DNA of 64,000 nucleotides from positions 12,757 through 76,756 of the forward strand of contig DASYDT010000135.1 of assembly GCA_036499425.1 (NCBI GenBank), written 5' to 3'. The DNA is from Candidatus Udaeobacter sp. (GTDB lineage: Bacteria; Verrucomicrobiota; Verrucomicrobiia; Chthoniobacterales; UBA10450). How positions within the stretch are numbered: position 1 is the stretch's first letter; each line of letters opens with the position of its first letter. The notes below the pieces were generated by a model, which worked only from the letters and a program-made list of their open reading frames with translations, did not search any database and was not told the origin of the DNA. The position numbers and the translations under genes are program-made. This document shows, in pieces, positions 58,932-64,000 of this stretch.

Positions 58932-59045
58932 GTCAGCCTGAGCGGAGCGAAGAATCTCACATCAGCTGATTGAGCGCGCCGGTTCATTTGCGTGCCCGAA
59001 GCTTCGATTGTGAGGTCCCTCGCCGTCTGCGCGGCTCGGGATGAT
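58932..59045. repeat. REP-A inverted-repeat element
   Basis: GTCAGCCTGAGCGGAGCGAAGAATCTCACA ... TGTGAGGTCCCTCGCCGTCTGCGCGGCTCGGGATGAT, in the convergent spacer after lhr. Confidence 0.65.
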
Positions 59046-59052
59046 AGCATAA

Positions 59053-59460
59053 TTATTTCTTAACTACCTCGGCGTTCTCGATCATTGCGATGCCGCCCCG
59101 TTCCGCCAGCTTGCCTTTCACGGTGATGTTTTTGCCGCACAAATCGGCAAGTTGATCGTTAATCGGTTTGTGTTCGCCAACGACCAGATACGCTTTGCCT
59201 TCACTGAGGATGCCGACTGGGCCACCGCTCCTGATGCATTTGGCCCCGCAGGATTGCCCGTGTTTCTCACCCACGGCGTTATGATCGACGTAGCACATCA
59301 TATCGACCACTTCGCCCGTCACCTCTTTCGAAGCACCGGCTTCTGCGCCGTGCTCTTGCTCCTGTGCAATCGCCAGCGGCGAGGCCGCTAGCGCCGCGAT
59401 GAACGTCGCAGTCACTGCAACTCTCAAGACTGTAGGTTTGTTGCTTGTTGAATTAAACAT
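59053..59460 (-). CDS. Secreted Cys-containing hypothetical protein
   Basis: 135 aa with a signal peptide ending IAQ. Four Cys residues (MMCYVDH...SCGAKC...LCG). No recognisable family. Confidence 0.5.
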   Translation of the reverse strand: MFNSTSNKPTVLRVAVTATFIAALAASPLAIAQEQEHGAEAGASKEVTGEVVDMMCYVDHNAVGEKHGQSCGAKCIRSGGPVGILSEGKAYLVVGEHKPINDQLADLCGKNITVKGKLAERGGIAMIENAEVVKK

Positions 59461-59510
59461 GAAATAAATCTGGGCTGCTTAGCGCGTTGGTCAATGAATC
59501 GCTTTGCAAA

Positions 59511-59594
59511 AATGACGAATGACGAAGGAATGATCAAATGACGAATGCCGAAGACGCACCGGCTGTGGCCACTCCTCATTTGGATTTCGTCATT
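59511..59594. repeat. REP-D array pair
   Basis: AATGACGAATGACGAAGGAATGATCAAATGACGAATGCCGAAGACG ... CTCATTTGGATTTCGTCATT, at the carA 3' end. Confidence 0.7.
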
Positions 59595-60801
59595 ATCTTT
59601 GCTTCTCGATCAAATCCGCGAACTGATCGAAAAAATAAGAGGCATCATGCGGGCCGGGCGCGGCTTCCGGATGGTATTGCACGCTGAAGATCGGCAATTC
59701 TTTGTGCCGCATTCCCTCGACCGTGCCGTCATTCAAATTGATGTGCGTTAGTTCCACATCGGAGGGGAGCGATTCCGGATCGACGGCAAATCCGTGATTT
59801 TGCGCAGTGATGGCCACTTTGCCCGTGCGCAAATCCTTTACCGGCTGGTTGGCGCCACGATGGCCGAATTTTAATTTGAATGTCGATCCTCCGAACGCGA
59901 AGCCGAGGACTTGATGGCCGAGACAGATCCCGAAGATCGGCCTTTTGCCCATCAAATCGTGCACGGTTTGGTGGGTATAGGGGAGCGCCGCAGGGTCGCC
60001 CGGACCGTTGGACAGAAAAATCCCATCTGGATTCAACGCCAGCGTTTCTTCGGCGCTTGTCGTTGCAGGGACAACAGTGACTCCAAAGCCTTTCTGGCGC
60101 AGAAGCCGCAGGATGTTTTCCTTAATGCCATAGTCGTACGCCGCGATTCGAAATCGGATGGGTGGAAGCTCGGGTTTGCTGCCTTCGTTCTGCGGCTGGC
60201 GGATTGACCATGGGACGCTGAGCTTATCCTCCGGATCCCAGCGGTAAATTTTCTTGGTTGAAACCTCGCGCACGTAATCCATCCCGATCACGCCCTTGCC
60301 CTCGATTGCCCTCTGTGTCGCTTCTTTAGGAGCAATCTCTTCCGTCGTCAGACAGGCCTTCATTGCGCCGCGAGTGCGCAAATGCCGCGTCAGCGCACGG
60401 GTGTCGATTCCTTTTGCGCCGGGGATATTCCATTTTCGCAAATATTCGTCGAGCGACATTTCAGAGCGCCAGTTGCTTGGGACCTCGGTCAATTCTTCAA
60501 TGACGAATCCGCGCACATGCGGTGAGCGGCTTTCCTGGTCGAGGGAATTGATTCCGTAATTTCCGATCAACGGATAAGTCATCGCCACGATCTGTCCGCG
60601 ATACGAGGGATCGGTCAGCACCTCCTGATAACCGGTCATGGCGGTGTTGAAACAAACTTCACCGACGCGCGTGCCGGTTGCGCCAAATGATTCGCCCTCG
60701 AAATGGCGGCCGTCTTCGAGGGCTAGAAGTGTGCGCACGTCACTGCGCACTATCGGTCTTAAGGGATGAATTTCAAATTCGTTGAAACGTTGAAGCGTCA
60801 A
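59593..60801 (-). CDS. carA: Carbamoyl-phosphate synthase small (glutaminase) subunit
   Basis: GEVCFNTAMTGYQEVLTDPSY and the GATase triad context GICLGHQ and HPE. The ORF N-terminus (MTLQRFNEFEI) is REP-E sequence. The GTG at 60738 (VRTLLALEDG) aligns with the E. coli CarA start. Confidence 0.9.
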   Translation of the reverse strand: MTLQRFNEFEIHPLRPIVRSDVRTLLALEDGRHFEGESFGATGTRVGEVCFNTAMTGYQEVLTDPSYRGQIVAMTYPLIGNYGINSLDQESRSPHVRGFVIEELTEVPSNWRSEMSLDEYLRKWNIPGAKGIDTRALTRHLRTRGAMKACLTTEEIAPKEATQRAIEGKGVIGMDYVREVSTKKIYRWDPEDKLSVPWSIRQPQNEGSKPELPPIRFRIAAYDYGIKENILRLLRQKGFGVTVVPATTSAEETLALNPDGIFLSNGPGDPAALPYTHQTVHDLMGKRPIFGICLGHQVLGFAFGGSTFKLKFGHRGANQPVKDLRTGKVAITAQNHGFAVDPESLPSDVELTHINLNDGTVEGMRHKELPIFSVQYHPEAAPGPHDASYFFDQFADLIEKQR

Positions 60802-60853
60802 AGCGTTTTATTGATTTCCGCTTCAACGCTTCAACAGTTTAGCGCTTTAACGG
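60781..60853. repeat. REP-E array pair (inverted)
   Basis: GTTGAAACGTTGAAGCGTCAAAGCG ... CGCTTCAACGCTTCAACAGTTTAGCGCTTTAACGG, overlapping the annotated carA ORF start. Confidence 0.65.
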
Positions 60854-60999
60854 AAAACCCGGATCGAAATCTCGATCCGGGTCTTCGAAGTTTTACCCCG
60901 CTGGTGCCGTTCAGGTGATTCACCCGTTCCCTTTTGTAAAGGGTGGATGACCGTTGCTGCGGAATCTGACTTCCAATTAAGGCCTGTCATTCTCCGCAT
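60847..60999 (-). promoter_or_regulatory. Candidate leader ORF (50 codons) reading through a terminator-like hairpin upstream of carA
   Basis: GGAGG (61008-61012) lies 8 nt before the ATG (60999). The ORF crosses the 11-bp hairpin ACCCGGATCGA/TCGATCCGGGT (60857-82) and its TTTT run, and stops 5 nt later. Confidence 0.25.
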
Positions 61000-61180
61000 C
61001 AACCAAGCCTCCGTATTTCGTCAACTATCGGTTCGGGGACGTCACCTCAATCGCGAACATCGCAGGGCAAATGTTTACATCCCGAAAACATTCGGGATTC
61101 GAAAGCCGCTGGCTGAGAGTTGAACGGAAAGCACTGGTTTCCTGCCCAACCCTCAACGAGCGGCTCTCAATTTCAAAGAA

Positions 61181-63520
61181 CTACTCGCGCAATTCCGCGC
61201 CGAGGTCGCGCCGCAATCGCTCGCGAATCTTCGCGTGCGCCGCGTTCACTTCCTCGCCGGTCAGTGTGCGACTTCGATCTCGATATGTCAATCGATACGC
61301 AAGCGACTTTCGTCCGCCTCCGATTTCGCCGCCGCTAAACAAATCGAACAGCTCGACGCGTTCCAACAGGGGTTCACGCGGTTCTTGGATGGCGCGCAAA
61401 ATCTTTTGATGAGAAATTTCTTCCGGGAGAATCATCGCAATATCGCGAGTAACGGACGGAAATTTCTCGATCTCGCGAAACTTCGTCGTCGCTTCTTCAG
61501 GTTTCAAAAGAAGATCGGCGTGCACCTCAGCAACGAACACCGCTCCCTGCGCGTTGGATTTGGTCGACGAAAGTTGTCCGCCGAAACCAATCAATTGATC
61601 GCCAGCGAAAACATCGACCGGCAGCGCGAGATCGGGAAATTTGCCCGGGCGAAATGACAGATTTGGAACGACGCATTCCAACGCGCCTTTGAGATCGAAC
61701 AGGTCCTGGCCGCGGCTTTTTGGGGATCGCCAATTCGGGGCGCTTGCAACATTTCCCCAGAGCAAAATTCCCAGGTGCCGTTCCTCTTTGCCGGATGGGG
61801 GAATAAACGTGCGACCGATTTCGAAAATGGCGACGCGTTCTGCGCCGGCGCGAATGTTGCGATCGAGTACTCCTAACAATCCTACGAGGATGCTGGGACG
61901 CAGCGCTACATGATCTTCACTAAGTGGGTTCCGCAATTCGATTGCGCGTTCGCTGAACGCGAATCGTTCGCGCGGCAGCAATTTCGAAGTCCGGACTTCG
62001 TCGAGACGGGCTGCTGCCAGGCGTTGCCGCCACGCCGATTCCAAATCATGCGCATGGTCGGCGATGCTCGCCGGCGTAAAACGGCTTCGATCCGTTCCCG
62101 GAATTTTGTCGGCGCCGTAAGCGCGAACGACTTCTTCGATCAGATCGACATCGCGCTGCAAATCGCGGCGATAACTTGGAATCTTCCATTTCGCCGTTTT
62201 GGCCGCGCTCATTTTACGCAAACCAAAACCACTCAGAATCTCGTCAACGGTTTTGGGTTTGATTGTGATCCCGATTACGCGATTGCATTTTTCGTAACTC
62301 AATGAAACGTCCGGCGGATTCGCCGGAAGTTTGCCGGCGACATTAATTTCCTTTGCCGGAGTTCCGCCTGCGATCTCGCGAATCAATTCAGCCGCGCGCT
62401 GCGAGGCGCGGAGCACCATTTCCGGATCAACGCCGCGCTCAAACCGATAACTTGCATCACTCGGCAGATTCAATTCGCGCGCAGTGCGCCGAATGCTCGC
62501 CGGCAAAAAGTAAGCGGCTTCCAGCAAAATGTTTTTCGTCGAACGCGTGACTCCGGTTTCTTCTCCGCCCATTACGCCGCCGATTCCGACCGCGCGTTCC
62601 TGGTCGGCCACGACGCAATTGTCGGACTTAAGCGAATAGGTCTTTCCATCCAGCGCTAGAAGTTTTTCGTCTTCGCGACCGAGCCGCACGTTGATGTCGC
62701 CTTTCAATTTGTCGGCGTCGAACGCGTGCGTCGGCTGGCCGAGCTCGAGCATCACGAAATTGGAGATGTCCACGATGTTGTTGATCGAACGGATGCCGAC
62801 GCTCTCGATTTTACCACGCAACCACTGCGGGCTAGGCCCGACGTTCACGTTGTCGATCTTGCGCGCGGAGAAAAATGGACATTCACGCAGCGCGGAGATC
62901 GTTGCGCCCTTCCTTTGTAGAGCAGGCGCTCCGCCTGCCGGCAAGCGATGCGCTTGCCTTACAATCTTTTTGTTTGTGAGCGCTGCGATCTCGCGGGCGA
63001 GTCCGAAGTGGCTCAGCAAGTCGCCGCGGTTTGGCGTGATCTCGACATTGAAAATCGTGTCGCTCGGAAAGAGATCGGAAATCGGCGCGCCGATCTTTGC
63101 TTCGGGTGCCAAAATCAAAAGCCCGGACGCATCTTCGCCGAGTCCGAGTTCGATTGGGCTGCAAAGCATACCTTCCGATTCGACCCCGCGCAGTTTGGAT
63201 TCTCGAATCTCAGTTCCGTTCGGCAACTTCGCGCCCGGCAGCGCGAGCGGAACTTTGTCGCCAACTTTGTAATTGGTCGCGCCGCAAACGATTTGGCGTT
63301 TCGTTCCACTGCCATCATCGACTTCGCAGACGGTCAGGCGGTCCGCGTTCGGATGGCGCGATGACGCCGTGATCTGCGAAACGATCACGTTATCGATCTT
63401 TGCGCCGCGCGCCTCGATGTTCTCGGTCTCGACGCCGGCGCGGGTCAACAATTCCGCGATCTCTTCCGGATTTTTTGGAAGATCGACAAATTCGCGCAGC
63501 CAGTTAACGGAGAATTTCAT
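61181..63520 (-). CDS. pheT: Phenylalanine-tRNA ligase beta subunit
   Basis: 779 aa. MKFSVNWLREFVDL start, tRNA-binding domain, B3/4, B5 and FDX-ACB domains in the usual order. Confidence 0.95.
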   Translation of the reverse strand: MKFSVNWLREFVDLPKNPEEIAELLTRAGVETENIEARGAKIDNVIVSQITASSRHPNADRLTVCEVDDGSGTKRQIVCGATNYKVGDKVPLALPGAKLPNGTEIRESKLRGVESEGMLCSPIELGLGEDASGLLILAPEAKIGAPISDLFPSDTIFNVEITPNRGDLLSHFGLAREIAALTNKKIVRQAHRLPAGGAPALQRKGATISALRECPFFSARKIDNVNVGPSPQWLRGKIESVGIRSINNIVDISNFVMLELGQPTHAFDADKLKGDINVRLGREDEKLLALDGKTYSLKSDNCVVADQERAVGIGGVMGGEETGVTRSTKNILLEAAYFLPASIRRTARELNLPSDASYRFERGVDPEMVLRASQRAAELIREIAGGTPAKEINVAGKLPANPPDVSLSYEKCNRVIGITIKPKTVDEILSGFGLRKMSAAKTAKWKIPSYRRDLQRDVDLIEEVVRAYGADKIPGTDRSRFTPASIADHAHDLESAWRQRLAAARLDEVRTSKLLPRERFAFSERAIELRNPLSEDHVALRPSILVGLLGVLDRNIRAGAERVAIFEIGRTFIPPSGKEERHLGILLWGNVASAPNWRSPKSRGQDLFDLKGALECVVPNLSFRPGKFPDLALPVDVFAGDQLIGFGGQLSSTKSNAQGAVFVAEVHADLLLKPEEATTKFREIEKFPSVTRDIAMILPEEISHQKILRAIQEPREPLLERVELFDLFSGGEIGGGRKSLAYRLTYRDRSRTLTGEEVNAAHAKIRERLRRDLGAELRE

Positions 63521-63531
63521 ACGCGCTCAGC

Positions 63532-63623
63532 GTCATTCCGAGCGAAGCGAAGCGAAGTCGAGGAATCCCGCGGCGTCATCTGTGCGTTCTACAACGGGAT
63601 TCCTCGACTCCGCTCGGAATGAC
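63532..63623. repeat. REP-A inverted-repeat element inside the pheS-pheT spacer
   Basis: GTCATTCCGAGCGAAGCGAAGCGAAGTCGAGGAATCCC ... GGGATTCCTCGACTCCGCTCGGAATGAC. It fills most of the 112-nt intercistronic gap. Confidence 0.8.
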
Positions 63624-63632
63624 AAAATGGCT

Positions 63633-64000
63633 TCATGCGAACTGGCGGAGAAACCGCAGATCGTTCTGCGCGAAAAGCCGGATGTCGGGAATGTCGAACA
63701 GAATCATTGCGAGCCGATCCATGCCGAGACCAAAGGCGTAGCCAGTCCATTTTTCGGGATCGTAAGCTTTGTCACCGCGTGCTTTGTTGACCGCTTCGAA
63801 AACAGCGGGATGTACGATGCCGGAACCAGCGACTTCGATCCATCGCTCGCCGCCTTTGAGCGCCTTGGATTTCACGTAAATCTCCAGACTCGGCTCAGTG
63901 AATGGGAAAAAGTGTGGCCGGAATTGCACGGCTGTGTCGGAGCCGAGGAGTTCGCGGAAGAAAAATTCGAGCGCGCCTTTCAGATCGGCGACGCTGACGT
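63633..64000 (-). CDS. pheS: Phenylalanine-tRNA ligase alpha subunit, C-terminal part (5' end lies beyond the window)
   Basis: Class II motif 3 region (FRPHFFPFTEPS...GSGIVHP...AFGLGMDRLAM). The frame stays open to base 64000. Confidence 0.9.
   Translation of the reverse strand, partial: VSVADLKGALEFFFRELLGSDTAVQFRPHFFPFTEPSLEIYVKSKALKGGERWIEVAGSGIVHPAVFEAVNKARGDKAYDPEKWTGYAFGLGMDRLAMILFDIPDIRLFAQNDLRFLRQFA

Noticed and set aside
60886-61180. A known RNA family in the pheT-carA spacer: SRP RNA, 6S RNA, cobalamin, glycine, c-di-GMP, fluoride or ZTP riboswitches, or a PyrR binding loop
   Set aside because: I found none of the invariant cores: GGAA-tetraloop/AGCA of SRP helix 8, the B12 box, CACCGAAGG, GEMM GCAAA/receptor pairs, CCGCCTGGGC, or ARUCCAGAGAGG. 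The region is kept as an unclassified structured leader in the findings.

Overview
The window reads as a mostly housekeeping chromosomal segment from a moderately GC-rich bacterium. My inference is a soil Verrucomicrobiota-like organism, based on a Planctomycetes/Verrucomicrobia-type small protein and the repeat content.

Gene order:
- Cell shape and RNA processing: mreB (partial), mreC, mreD, mrdA, rng.
- An outer-membrane barrel, thiH, thiS, and nfeD on the opposite strand.
- dnaG and rpoD, followed by two small envelope proteins and a Tyr/His-rich secreted peptide.
- ribD, then a 770-nt decayed non-coding gap.
- nagA, a GT28 glycosyltransferase, yihY, a peptidoglycan amidase and degP.
- An rtcB, COG0523 GTPase, archease unit.
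- Divergent otsA/otsB.
- An MFS transporter, a fused CoA-transferase, prpD-prpB-prpC and a hotdog thioesterase.
- ada, tRNA-Arg(UCU), a Gly/Tyr/Trp/His-rich peptidoglycan-binding protein and two conserved hypotheticals.
- A tandem M16 peptidase and a DUF1844 protein.
- A 896-aa secreted protein with a (TPTATATF)n linker, bracketed by degenerate IS110-type transposase fragments.
- A small accessory patch: a LITAF-like zinc ribbon, an SDR and a truncated DAACS symporter.
- mlaEFD, an isoaspartyl peptidase, a GT2, lhr, carA, pheT and pheS (partial).

I saw no rRNA, no CRISPR array, no intact transposase and no recognisable defence system.

Most notable signals:
1. A COG0523 metallochaperone-type GTPase sits between RtcB and archease.
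2. At least six families of short hairpin or inverted-repeat elements fill many intergenic spacers. They supply stop codons and create false N-termini, and in one case a copy sits in frame inside lhr.
3. Two signal-peptide proteins are made almost entirely of Tyr/Gly/His/Trp repeats.
4. An SD-led 50-codon ORF runs through a terminator-like hairpin upstream of carA.
5. There are several gene remnants and a likely frameshift.

All functional calls rest on motif recognition by eye. No database search was run.
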